64,000 bases of DNA from the human T2T-CHM13v2.0 reference genome, Homo sapiens (GCF_009914755.1 NC_060932.1); one strand, 5' to 3'. Positions 43,759 through 57,900 are shown, counted from the first letter of the stretch. Notes: generated by a model not told the origin, from the letters alone. Numbers and translations: made by a program.

Positions 43759-44801
43759 ACTATCACCTACCTCCATCCAGTTAACTAAAATAGCTATCAG
43801 GTTTATGCCTAATTCTTTTTTTCTCCAGGTGTTTACCTGTTACAGATGTAATTTCTAAATTCCTCCCATCCTGCTTATAACCCCTAGGATAAGTTCACTT
43901 GTTTGAAAACCTCTAGAATTGAAACTATGTTTTTGATGTAACCAGAACATGGCAGACACCAGTGAGTTCTGCATTTTATGTGACCCCCTAAACTACTAGT
44001 AATGTACACTGAGTACATTAATCTTTGTTAATTCAAAATGAGCTTAGAACCAAATAAACCTCTCTTTCAAATACTAAGTCCTTAAGGCAATTTGTCACCC
44101 TTACCCTGTTTTCTCAGAGTTAATTTAGGTATTTTTTATCTAGGTGAAATATTCTACAATCATCTCTGTGGAATTATATCTTGCTGGCTTCAGCCTACCT
44201 TTCCATCTTGAGTTTATGAAATAACAAAGACATCAGGATTCCAACTTTGTGTAAGTCCAAACTTTTTAAACGTGCTTTCAGACTGTTCGACTGAGTATCT
44301 GATAAAAATGTAGATGCAGTGACACCACTAGAAACCTCCATTCATTTATTAAAACCCCTTATTTACTGTCATTTGACCAACTATGAGCCTATTAATGGGC
44401 AAACTCTGATGCAAATCAACCATAGTTTTTACAAATTGTCTGCAAGAATATCAAGACAGAACTGAGGCTAGTATAGCATTTCTTTCTCTCTACCTGGTGA
44501 GAGAAAATTTGTCAAAAAGTCAAGACAAGAATTATCTAGAGGTTTCAGCTGCAAAAGAATGAGAATCCATAAATATAGATTCTCCTGCATTACTATGCCT
44601 TTACATTCTGTCAGCAGATTTTAATAGTTAATATTGTAGGCACCGACTATGTGATTACTGGATTTTGGATTATTTCAACCCTTGCTCATCTCTGTTTCCT
44701 TTTAAAATGGGCATAGTGTTAGTTAATAGGGCTGATATTAAAAATTGATAAGAAATTACATATAGGGCAGACATATTGAGCATTAAAAAAGAGAAGAACT
44801 G

Positions 44802-44802
<1 letters not shown>

Positions 44803-44838
<36 letters not shown>
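44803..44838 (+). repeat. (GAT)12 trinucleotide microsatellite
   Basis: Read directly from the sequence. Confidence 0.97.
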
Positions 44839-44839
<1 letters not shown>

Positions 44840-44844
44840 CCTGC

Positions 44845-45230
44845 TGTTATTTTGCAGACCCCAGTGAGCCATGGCTCACAGTTCATACCTTTGTGTACTC
44901 CTCGTGCCTTAAATCTGGACTTTCCTTGTGACCAACCATAACCAACAGAATGCAATGGAAGTAACACTGTTTCATTTCTGGGTCTAATAAAACTAAAAAA
45001 GGCTGAAAGCTCCTGCTTTGTCTTTGGAGGATGACAAGTGCTACGTAAGAAGTCTGATAACCCTGGATCACTTTACTGAAAGAAGCTTAGCTTAGCCACA
45101 TGGAAAGGTCACATGGAGAAGCTTCCAGTCAACAGCCAGCAACAATTAGCCAGTTATGTGGGTGAGGCCATTGCTATTACCCATCCTGTTCCACAACCTG
45201 CAACCCTGCACAGCTCCCTTGGTCAGGCTC
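44845..45230 (+). mobile_element. MLT1-type MaLR LTR fragment
   Basis: ccttgtgacc...aacagaatgcaatggaagtaacactgt...agccacatggaaaggtcacatggaga...gccagttatgtgggtgaggccat. Confidence 0.65.
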
Positions 45231-45452
45231 ACGTATCCAACGAAGGTCTGAGTTCTAGCTTCCCCCACCCTCATGCAACTAGGAACAAATACAGACAATA
45301 CACAACAGTTCACCAAATAATTTCAGTAATACGTTTTTCTTTCTGACGCACACGTGGAAATCATTTACTGAAAGTGATTTATGAGTGTTTTGTGTCTAAT
45401 GAAAATAATACTAATGTATCATTTTATGTCAAAAATAACTCAAAACCACCTA

Positions 45453-45680
<228 letters not shown>

Positions 45681-47247
45681 TTAAAAAACATATATCCTAC
45701 ATGTTTCAAAATAGGAATAAGGCGAACAGGTCTGCAGATTACAAAAACCGAAATTACTATATTGAACAATGTTAATTTAGATATATTATTGGTTATTTCT
45801 TCCTCTGATTCATATTTGAGTTATTTCTGATTAAATTCCATCAATGATGAATAAATTACGTGCACAAATTTTAGTCAGCTGAAAATTAAGTCTTTGTCTC
45901 AGACTATACAACATTTTAAAAAATCTTTGTTTTAAATGAAAATAAGCATTTGAGTATGTTCAAAGTTTTGGAAATGCTACCAAATTTCCAAAGTTACAGA
46001 CCATTTGATTGCCAAAACACATGACTCAGAATTTTAAAACTTTAAATTGATTGAAATGGGAGTACAATAAGAATAAAAAATTTTTAAAATATAATGTCTT
46101 TAACTATCACATATTTCATTGCCTATCAATTCTTATATATGTACATGTTACAGTAGATATCCTTGAGTCAATATTTCATTAGAGGCAACATTTGTGGCAT
46201 AGCATATGTAGAATATATTATTTGCTTGTATTTTAGTCACGAACAATAACAGGAGAACATGACATATTGTATCTCTTCTGACTGTGACAATAACTTCTTT
46301 CCCATGTGGAAAATTTATACAAATCTTTCAAAGACTTATGCATATTTTAATTATTCAAAATACAATGGTATTTATTTAGAAATTGACTCATTTCCCCCAG
46401 GGTCTACCCAAGAAGAGAAACATATCTGTAGTGGGATTATCGTCGGAGAGCAATCACTGTAATTGATGTAGCATGAATGTGGCAGCTTGATTATTCAACG
46501 GGGACTATGGGAAACACTATTTCCTCAACAACTGAATACTAAAGCATGTTGAAGCTTGGCTAAAGGTGGGATATGATGCAACAGCAGCAAGCAGGCTATG
46601 AGGACACAGAGCTAAGCCCTGATTAAAGAAAAAACCTCAAGTGTTTTCCCTGAGGCATTGCATTTGGAACACAAGTAGCAAAAAGGGTATAAAAGCAGTG
46701 GCAAGAAATGTCATTCAAAGAGCGAATTGTCCATGTACTTCCTCAGAGTGGAAGGGTCCAAGATATACATGCCTACTTGTGGGCATATGAAATAGGACAA
46801 CTCTCCTCCCAAGGCTCTCGCCCTACTTTGACAACAGCCACACATACAGTATGTCTTCATTAACCCTAGGAATTGACTCACCTCCAAGATTGTACATTTG
46901 AAATGTTGATTCCTGTCCCAGTAGTCCCCACCACCACTATTCCTTTAATTTCTGCACCTGCTCTCAGTCAACATAACCTCGAGCTACACTTTTATTTTCC
47001 GTAATTCTACTTCATTTATTCATTTATTTTTTGATTTACTCAACAACCATTCTTGGGCATCAGTTTTCACTTACAACTGGGGGTATTATTATAAATAAAA
47101 TATGGGTCAGGTACTCAAACATCTCCAAGTTTCAATAGTGACTGATCCCATAGAATTAAGGAGACAGAGTTCACAATTTTCAGCTCTAATAGCCTGAAGA
47201 ATCATGGAGACAATAATCTAAATGAGAAATTTAAGAAAGAAAACACG

Positions 47248-47319
47248 AGCAAAGAAAATGATCATAGTTTTGGATACCTCAAAGGCTAGCAAAGAAAATG
47301 ATCGTAGTTTTGGACACCT
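47248..47319 (+). repeat. Tandem duplication, 40-bp period, 2 copies
   Basis: agcaaagaaaatgatc(a/g)tagttttgga(t/c)acct at 47248 and 47288. Confidence 0.92.
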
Positions 47320-48544
47320 TAGCCTTTGAGGTAGCACAGATATCCAAAGAAAAAGTTTATCGAGCACTTCGAGATGATCTAGACCAAGGATAAAAATATG
47401 GATAAGAGCATAAGGAAGAAAGAAAGGAATTGCTATTAACAATGACATGCTTGTTAAGGACCAAATAATATAAACACCTTACATGCATTTTCTAATTTAT
47501 TCTCATGATAGTCCTAGTAGGATGTAGGTATGATGATCATCTCCATTTTACAGATGAAAAAATACTGAGGTTTAGAGTAGTTCAGTAACTTACCAGTGAT
47601 TATACTCAACAATAAGCTCTGGATCTGGGATTTAAAATTGATTTGAACTGGATTCAGAATTGAATCCTATGTCTACCTAATTGAAAATTATTGGGAATAA
47701 TCTGCTTAAAAGCATTTGTTAATAGCATGAAGACAAATGCAATTACTTAAATAAGTAAAGAAAAAGGTGGAAACAGATGTGTGTGGCAGGGAGTGAGAAG
47801 GGTCAAAGAACGGGCTTTGGTGAACACCTGAGAAGGACAGAATACATCAGGAAACTTTAGGTGGGCAGGGATTTCTTTCAATTGACTGCTGTCCCCAGTA
47901 CCTAGAGGTGTGCTTAGCCTGTAGCGGGTACTGAATGAATATTTGATAAACAAATAGAGATGGAACAGGAGAGATAAAATAGGAAAATTTGATTAATGGA
48001 ATGCTAAGAAAGATGGATTTAGAGTTGGGGAGGTGATCATCAAAGGTTTCAGAAAAGTCAAGATAAAAAATGATTAAGAAAATATAACTTCAATTTGAAT
48101 GAAGAAGCCTTTAGTGACCTTGGTGAGAGAGAATGCAGATTCCTGTGGGAATAAAATCAGATGGCATAGTTTCAAGAGGGCATAGGTGGTGATTCAAGAG
48201 AAGTGGTCAAAGTGGAGCTTTACCAGTGAAATTCAAATGAGAAAAAAGGGAAGTGAAAATATCAAGGAAACATTTTTCTAGAAGCAGCTAATATCACTAG
48301 TTTCTCAATTAAATTTTATCGTGCCCTGACTTGTTAATCCAGAATGAATGTTTTTATTCAAATTTTTATTTCCTAATGGACACTGATTGCCTGAAAGTTT
48401 GCCAAGTTGTGTTTGCAAAGCTGTAAAGTCCACTTACATACTCAGGGAAAAGAATCACTACATTTATAAATGTAGAGTGCAGAGAGGAAACTATATTGTA
48501 CAGTTTTTAAATTACTGTTACCTAGATTATTAAAACTCTATGCA

Positions 48545-48668
48545 CTTAGTTTTTAAGTCACTCACAAATTTTTGAAAAAGACAACTTTCCTTCTAAACAG
48601 AGGCATCTTAGCTTTTAAATCACTCGGAAATTTTTGAAAAAGACAACTTTCCTTCTAAACAGAGGAAT
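48545..48668 (+). repeat. Tandem duplication, 62-bp unit, 2 copies
   Basis: aaatttttgaaaaagacaactttccttctaaacagagg is identical in both units (unit starts 48545 and 48607). Confidence 0.95.
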
Positions 48669-50989
48669 CCAGTGACTTGTAAATGTTCAGATGTGCTGAG
48701 AATGCTTCTTAAATAAAGACCTAGAGGAAAAACCATTGGGAAATATAAATTACCCAGGCAGATTACTAAGTTGGAAGCTGAGGGACAGAGAGGTTAAAGG
48801 GTTGAACATATGCTTCCCAATTCTTATGTAGACTTAATAACATCAATGATAACAGCTGCTCTTTGTGTTATATAGGCACAATGGAGCTGAATGACACCTT
48901 GGTTAATAGCGCCAACTTGAGTGCTACATTGCCTGAATTTAAAATCCACCTCTGCTCTCTGTATGTACCTCTTAGATATTTTCTGAGAATTTGATGAGTT
49001 AATGCATATAGAATTTTTAGAACAGCATTTGGCACTTAATAGGCATTGACACTACTCCCATCTCTTACATGTATTACTGATGACATAATATATGTTTATG
49101 CTACGCATTATACACTCTATGTATATAATGTAATATTTAATATGTATATAATATTTAAATTTAATATACTAGTTATATAACATTGCATACAAATTTTATA
49201 ATTTATTATAAATAATAGAAAATATACAAAACCAAAACATGTAGAAGTTCAATAAATTATCTTTATAATTATGATTTCTAGGCTCTAGTTATTATAATAT
49301 TGGCATCACTAATCTTTGAGCATGCCACCTTTCTATATGTATTATGTATGCATATATATATATATATACACACACACACGCATACATATATCTATATTTA
49401 AGAGGTTGGACTCACTCTAGCAAAGACAAAACAAAAGCCTATTATTTTTAGTCAGAAAAAAAAATAAAAGCCTATGCTTAACAGATGAAGGAAATTTAAA
49501 AAAATAGATGGTAGGTTTTAGAAAGATTTGAGACATGAAAGACTTGAAAAGTTCATTTGCCAGTATTGTGTGGTCTGTGCTATCTGGCAGTGTCCTTCCT
49601 GTGGACAAGACCCTGCTACATTAACTATGCCTATTGCATTTATTGATCATATGACTTGGGCTTAACTCTATCCAAGAAATGACTGAACTGGCTCCTATCC
49701 CAGGCAAGGTCAAAGCTTTCAAGCATTAAACACCTTTTAACATAATACGGAGGCTTAAACCCAAACAAAACGGGGAAATTTGATTCACATAGTTTTTATA
49801 CTTTTATGTTCCATAGAAGTTGGAATGATTAGACTTGTGAATGTTAATTATTTTTCCATACCATAAATGAAAAGGGCTTAACCCATTTGTTACAGTACTT
49901 TTCCAAGAATTAGGGGAATTACGAGTTCAGAATCAAATTTTTAATATTTTACAATAAGCAGAGTAATGATTAAATGGTTTGTTTTTTGGATGAAACTAGG
50001 CATTTGGTTTTGGAAACATAAAATGAAAGGGAAAGTCTTGTTTCCTACTACTATACATTGAAGGGAATTCAGAAAGAAAAATAAACACAAGCCATTAATA
50101 ACATAAAAGCAAAAAGTAAATACAGAAATGACCTAAATCTAATTTTCTTTCTGCTTGAAAAGTTAAATAGTCCTAGAAAACCGTCTTTGGCTTCCACATT
50201 TGAAAAGATAACATTTCTCTAACTTTCAAAGACATTTTTTTTTGGCATGGAACAATGTCAATCGAAAAAATTACTGTACTACAATCCTGTTATACTTGCA
50301 ACTCACACACTGACTACAAGATGAATAATTTCTGCTCATTGGTTTGTCACTTTCCTTTAATAACCCTAGTTTATTTTTTCGTCCATACCATGCATATTTG
50401 ATGCTTCGGTTTTTGTGTAGGTTGCCTTGAGATTCTTACCCTTGCCAAAACTTCTGGAAACATTATAATGAGCAATGCTTTGGCTAAGCCTACCCAGGGG
50501 TAGCACCAAACTTCCTGTTTACAATGTACAGTCTACATGGAAGGGTGAAAGTCTTAACGATGAATTTTGCTAGCACTTTTTATAGGATTGAGAGAATGCT
50601 GACAATTTATTTCAAGATGGAAAAAACTGAGATTATAGGAAGGTGAGAATGAGGTGGGTTATAATGAGAACATGAATCAACTTACCTAATTTTCTAAAAA
50701 TAAACCCTTGCCTGTGTAGCTCACATGTCACACCATGTGTTTACCACCCCATGGGGCAACAGGTTCATATTTAAAATTATAAATGATACAATTTCAATTA
50801 TCGTTAACATAAATAATGATCCTGCTTAATCCTCTGATTAAAAGGGTGTATCCTAGAATTAGATTCCTTTGTTTCAAAGTCAATATTCAATATTTGCTAA
50901 GAATTTGTATGGGGCAGGTTAACTTTCTAAAGTAGGGATAATGGGAGTCTCTATCTCATAGGGTTGTTGAAAAGAGTAAATGAAGGAGT

Positions 50990-51752
50990 GTATATATATA
51001 TATATATATATAAACATACATATATATACTAAGCATATATATATACACTAAGCATATATATATACTAAGCATATATATACTAAGCATATATATGTACTAA
51101 GCATATATATACACTAAGCATATATATAGATATTTAGATATACATAGCATATATAGATATATATAGCATATATAGATATAGACAGCAGATATATAGGTAT
51201 ATTATATATCTATATATAAATCTCTATATATAGATATAAATATCTATATATAGACATATAGTTATATAGTATATTTAGATACATACTATACTATACTATA
51301 TATACTATATATATAGTTATATCTAGATATACTATATATCTAGATATGTAGTTATATCTAGATATACTATATATCTAGATATGTAGTTACATCTAGATAT
51401 ACTATATATCTAGATATGTAGTTATATCTAGATATACTATATATCTAGATATGTAGTTATATCTAGATATACTATATATCTAGATATGTAGTTATATCTA
51501 GATATACTGTATATATACTATATACTAGTTATATCTAGATATCTAGATATAACTATATATCTAGATATCTAGATATGTAGTTATATCTAGATATAACTAT
51601 ATATATAGTTATATCTAGATATAGGTATCTATATCTATAGAGATCTATATATATCTCTATATATCTATATATAGTATATATATAGTATAGTATAGTATAC
51701 ATCTATATATAGAGATCTATATCTATCTATATATAGAGATATATATGCTTAG
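50990..51752. repeat. AT-rich compound VNTR including a ~35-bp unit (tctagatatactatatatctagatatgtagttata) x5-6, embedded in a MIR
   Basis: Read directly. Flanks ...tctcatagggttgttgaaaagagtaaatgaag and gcttagaagaagactggcaaactgtaaatgctcaata are contiguous MIR sequence. Confidence 0.92.
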
Positions 51753-54700
51753 AAGAAGACTGGCAAACTGTAAATGCTCAATACATTTGAGCTATTTTGT
51801 TAATCAGCTTGTAAATTACTTTTGAGGAAATTCACACAATATTTGTTCTTACCAGTGCTATGCTATGCAATTATACTAAGGGATTAAACACTAAATTTTT
51901 TACCTGCAAAAATGTGTATGTATGTCAGTCTGAAATACCCATCTTTATTATAGAACAATGTTACTACTTGTAAGAGAATCTATGATTATAATAGGGAAAT
52001 AATAAAACAAGAGAATGAACATCTAAGTCCAGAAGAAGGCCAGGTCTTTCTCTCTTCAGCTCAGTTATCTCCCCTTCTCACCACACTCTGCTAGTATTTC
52101 AATAAAACTAAATCTAAATCTAACAATAGTCCTGACCAGGTAATATTGGAACTTCTCCTTCTTCTCTCTGAAAAGCCATGGTGGCCATTCAGCAGTGATA
52201 AAATTTGCTCCTTATGGGTACGTATGGGTATGTTACTGCTAACCTGTTCAGATTATTATTTTTTCTTAGCCTAAATATCAGAAGTTAATTCAGTAGGTAC
52301 TTGACATTTGTGAATATAATATTCTAAGTTTTATTTATTTAAGAAAACCCAAAAACTCCATCATATTTAAAATCCACCATTTTGTAGAAGCGTAAGCTTG
52401 AATCTTGCTTTCCTGATGAAACCAACCCAGGAGCCAGCCATGGAAGGAGTAAATTGGATTCTCCAACATTCTATTTTATGTAAGCATGAAAAGCAAACCT
52501 ATTCAGGATTATGAATTGAGGTGGGATCTTTTTCTTCACATTACCAGGCGCAGTGGTTCTGCAAATAGCCTGTGCACCATTTGCATCTCATAATGTTTCA
52601 AACTAGAGTGTAGTTGTGGTTATATATGAACTAAAGTCCATAGAATGACTAAAGCTGTATTTGTACTGCACCCCTTCCCACAGACCACATGGTAGTACTG
52701 ATGATGAAGTCAAAAAAATTCTAAAATTGTGAATATTCTTGATCTGAAAACTTTGGGAATTATTTTTCGATTCATTTATATCACAGAATCACTATGAGTC
52801 TAAATGGAAGTTCGCTTAGTATTTTTAGTTAATTTTATTTTTATAGTCAGATTATAAGCTCTAGTGGAACTGACAATAATTTAGAGGTTCTTTCAGGTCT
52901 TGAGTAGTACTGTAGGTAAATGATAAAGCAAATGTTTTAACTCCACCTCCTACTCCAGATCAAATTCTCACATACTTCATCTGCTGTGTGTATGGTGTGT
53001 GTTTATGATGTGTGTGTGTGTGTGAATTGAATTTAAGCTTAAGTGTGATTTTAGGATATCTTCCTTAGAATAAGTTATCTTCATCTCCTCATTCCCAGAC
53101 TTGCCATTGTATTTCAATTTTTCATTTGTTTGCTTCTTTAAGCCATGGGATTCAATGTAATCTTGCACAGAAATCAAACATGAAAAACAGCAAAACCACA
53201 CTTCTCTGGTAGATGGCTGAGGTAGCAAAGTACAGAAGAGTGCCTCCTGCCTGTCCTCCCTCCTGTGCCCACTCCACTCCTACATTTTACCCCCTTATAG
53301 ACAACATCAAAGGTATCTTTCAAGAAGAAAATTTTGTCCCAGCAAAGGGGAAAAAGAAACCATTTAGAGCTAACATAAACAACTATTCATTACGGAAATC
53401 AAGAGAGACAGAGGACAGTGGTAAAAGGGAAAATAGAATTGTATCAGACCTGGACTATAGTCCAGACTTCCTGGGTTGCCAATTAAGTGGCATCTGGCAA
53501 ACTGGGCTCCAGGATTCATTTCCTTTGCCTATCAAAGGAGACTAACAATCAGGAAGACTAAGTAAGTTAGACTGATTTACTATGCACTGCATGGAAGTGT
53601 TGATATTGCCATCAGCAGGTCACTTACTCATTTATTCCAGCACATATCTATTGAGACCTACTATGTGCCAGAAACTATGCTAGGTTCCAGGAAATCAAAG
53701 ATAAAAGGCACAATCTCTGCCTTTTAGAACTCTGGTAGTGAGAAAGTCATGTAAAGTTGCCTGAGGGAATCAGAGAAGATTCCAAGAGCATTGCACAGGC
53801 CCCAGAGGAAATGGGGATAAGAGACAAGTAATTTAGGTGGGGGCATGAGGGGAGGACAGTTGTTTTATCCTGTAAGGGCATGCGGTCCTCTTGGGACCCT
53901 GGGCTTCCAGTTAAAACTCACAGACACTGAAGAGCAAGGTTCTTGCCTAATCTCACTCTCTTCAGCTGTCTCACCTCAAAACTTCCCATATACCCTGCTT
54001 TACACAGACCATTTCTATCACTATACTTATTGACAGCATTTTATAACTATCTGCATAATTGTCTATCTTCATCATTACACTAGAAACTGTTTGCTCTATA
54101 TTCATGTTCCTAACAAATGCATGACATCCACTTAACAGTATTGAATGAAGGCATAGATGGATGATTTAATGAATAAATGGTGGAAGACAGTATACAAAAG
54201 AGATGTTACAGCAGGAAGATAATGTTTGCTTACTCCAAAGTTTACCTTGGGTCCTGTTCAACATACTGATGAATCCGATCCTCCAACCCACTCTTTTAGG
54301 TAAATATGGAAAGCAAATTCTTTCAAGATTATGAAGTAAGATAGGAAATGTTTCTCCTATCCTAACAGGAGCAATAACTTGCAAATAGCTATATCTACCC
54401 CTCCCTCTCCTCACAGTATTTGGCTTTGGATAATGTGTGTTCTCTGGATTGTTGGGTCTTTGGAAGATGGCTTCTCTTTCCCATAGACTCACGGTAGACA
54501 TGACCTCAACATGTAATCTGTACAAGGCAAACATGTATGAGCAAGGGGACATCCTAGGGACACCAGGGAATAAATGCAAAATTTTGTGTGAAAGAAAAGG
54601 TGTGGGGATTGGGGATTTCTGTACAATAGGGTTTTCATCCTTTATGGACCTGGGAAACAGAGTATCTCTGGGAGAAAAAAGTTCAGGCATCTCTATATAT

Positions 54701-54795
54701 ATTTCCAGTTTAACAAGCTCACAAATCAATCTGATTATCCAGCAATTCAACTGGGATCTGGCTTACATCTTGTAAACAAACACTTCTGGTTTTAC

Positions 54796-54923
54796 CTTTT
54801 TGGGTTCTGGCATATTATTAATATAAATAGTGTAGATTCCACTTTTATTAAAACCAGCTTGATATACATCTGCACAGTCTCTAAATGGTTTCTCTTCCTC
54901 TCTTTTTCCTCCCTTTAGTAAAA
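54796..54923 (-). CDS. ANGPT1: Angiopoietin-1 coding exon (canonical exon 5), 128 nt, phase 1->0; linker and start of the fibrinogen-like domain
   Basis: Minus-strand translation (V)LLKGGKREEEKPFRDCADVYQAGFNKSGIYTIYINNMPEPKK, recognised as ANGPT1. Acceptor T16-GCAG (AG at 54925-54924); donor AAG|GTAAAA. Confidence 0.98.
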
Positions 54924-57900
54924 CTGCAAAAAAAAAAAAAAAAGATTGCAATATGTGAATATCAGTACCATTAGTAGCCAAACTGACTCCAATAATAGCT
55001 AAGCATGTCTTCATTTCCTCCACACAAATGTCAATATCGCACATAGTAAAAAGTCAATCATAAAGACAATACTAGATTTTGAGGTAGCTTACAAAATTAA
55101 AAAAAAAAAACTGAAGGAAAAAGCTGTAGAGCCATTTTAACTGAATGCTTATATTTTACTTAATTTCTTAATTCTTTTTTTTCTATGTATCCTTTCCAAA
55201 ACATCAACTTAAGGAACAAATGACCTGGGCATGTAATATCTTCAATTGGTAGCAATTACGTCAAGTTTCCTGCAAAATCTCTAAAACGTTCTTACCTACA
55301 TTTCACAGGAAAGTCTAAAAAAAGTGCTAACACACTTTTTGGAGCAGGAAGACATGAAGATAAATTCAAACATAAAAATGCAATATGGAAGTTTAAAACA
55401 CTAAAACAATGGAAGTACTGTTTTTCTGTGACTTTATATTGAAGAGCTTCTAGAAAATTTTACCAACAAAACAAAGCAAAACAAAAAGAATCAACAACTC
55501 TTAACAATAATTAGATTTGGGAAGTAGAAAAGAGTTTATGACCCAACTTAACTACCTACAATGAAAATGAAACCAAACTTTACTTTGTTCTTTCTTTAAT
55601 GCCCTAAAGTTAAATCATCAGGCAGATGATACACAAATAAAAGAACAAACAAATAAGACTTTGAAATTAAATTATACAGGTGAAAGAGTCACAGTAAACA
55701 CTAGAAGTCAAGTGAAGACAGAAAATCTATTAATAGTTAGAGACTGTCTCTACTGAGGAAAACCTTATTTTATTTACTGAGCTTTATCCATTATTAACTT
55801 CTTACAAATGAAATAAAAATGCAAAATGACCCACATTTAATAGTTCTTAGCTAAAGATATATGTGTTATATTTATAAAGTATTTATGATTTAGTATTTTC
55901 TATTATGTATTATTTTAGTAATTGGTTTTATTTAACCTTTTTCTAGAAATTAAGATTAAGACTATTTTGTTATCTTGCCCTTAAAGTTTCCTATCAATAA
56001 ATATCTGCATTCAAACACATTGAGTTATAATAGTCTTTTATAATAAAAATAACAAAGGCAAACTATGAATCAGAACTTTTACATTAATTTTAAATGATCT
56101 AAAAATCTAAAATCCTGGCCTAACTTAATACTGGTTTCATACTAAATACTGGCCTTTAGTTGCCTAATGTTTACTAACTTATAGGTATTGAGCAGTCTAA
56201 TCTTTATGGAAATAATTACTATTTCAATATAAATTACTCAGATTTTTAAAAAATATTAAATTATATTTCAAGAAAATGAAATATTTATGTCAGATATGTT
56301 GCCACAGCAGAAAAATAGTACTAAAGCATTTAATAACATTATGATTTTCTATGTAGCTCAAGTCTGCACTCATGGTTTTAATGAATCATACTAATAATTA
56401 CATCTAAATACCACCATCACAATTGCCATGTCAACACAAAATAAATCAACTAATTAAAGGGCTACAGATTCATATGATAGTGAAGAAGTACTGCACAGAA
56501 TGTATGCAAATAGCAATTTAAAGATGCATATATAAATGCTTACTCAAAAGCCATCTTTAATGACACTGAGGATGTCAATGGATTATATAAAGGTATCCAT
56601 TTCAAAAGCATTGACGTAGTTTACTGGTATTCGTTTATTCTAACTTTACGGACTGCTATTTTTCTAAAACAAAAAAAAATTTTAAATCCCACCTACTGGA
56701 TCCTTTATTCTGTTGGAAAGTTGAAAATAAGCAAATCAGATGCCCAGAAAAAGAGATGTGAAGAAATACCAACTAAAATTTATGATCACTTGAGAGGACA
56801 AAAAACACAGGAAGATGTGGTCAGCAGGAACCCAACGGTAAACCCATTTTTCTCTTTTGAGAGAGAGAAAGTCATTTATCTATGGAGAAAATGCTTCTCT
56901 TGTATATACCACATCCTGCCCTCCCTTTTTTAGTTATGTATGGAGAACACATTCCCTTCACTCTTGTCTGCCATCTCTCCTCCCATTTTTGCTTTTTCTT
57001 TCCACTTCAGGAAGATGTTGGTGAAGTGGCTATGTGTGGGAAGAGGAAGCTATTTCACACACATTTTTAGTAACCGAGAAAAAAGGAAAAAGTTGGGTAT
57101 TAACTTATTTTTGTGAAAACTAACAGTATAAATTTGTTGTCAAAACCATGAATACAAATTCTATACTTGGGAAAATGGTTTGAGAATTCTACCATCAAAA
57201 GGTACACCTAGTATTATGGTTATATTATGGATTTTTTGTTGTTATGGTAACATATCTGAAATAGATATTGTATTTTCTTGAAATTTAATTTGGTATGTTT
57301 GAAAAATTGAGATACTTATATTCTTTCAAAAAAGTCATTCTTTCCAGAAAGATTAGATTGATTGTTTTTAATTACTTACCAACTAGCAAGCATATGCCTG
57401 AAAGTTAATTTAGGCTACATTTTAGAGTAGCAAGGCATTGAAAATCATTGTAAAAGTTTCATCCACAGCTTACCTTTGGTATTTTTATTATATACTACGG
57501 TTTGAATAAGGTCCCTTTGATAAGGGTAGATTGACCTTTAGAGTTTTTTTTGTCCTTAATCTATAAAGTGAGGTAGTTATAAATACCTCTGAGATGGGTG
57601 TATGAATTACCTAACACAGTGCAAAGACAGTGAAGCATAATAAGTACTCAAGAATGGTAGTTGTTATGGTAATGACAACACTGTTAACAGCAATATTATC
57701 CTGTTACTCCTTCTTATGGAAGAGACACTAGCAGAATGTGGAAGGCCAGTCTAGGGGGTGGTGGATGCTGCTGTCTTCCACCTTCTAATTAAAACATAGC
57801 AGTTATAGTTGACTAGTTATATTTAGGATCACATTGAATTAGCCTCTCCTGGTCAAATTTGGCTAATTGGCTGGTTTCATTCATTGAATAAATCAGATTA

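Noticed and set aside
51315-51510. 35-bp palindromic repeats superficially like CRISPR repeats
   Set aside because: Head-to-tail tandem units with no unique spacers; an AT-rich minisatellite.
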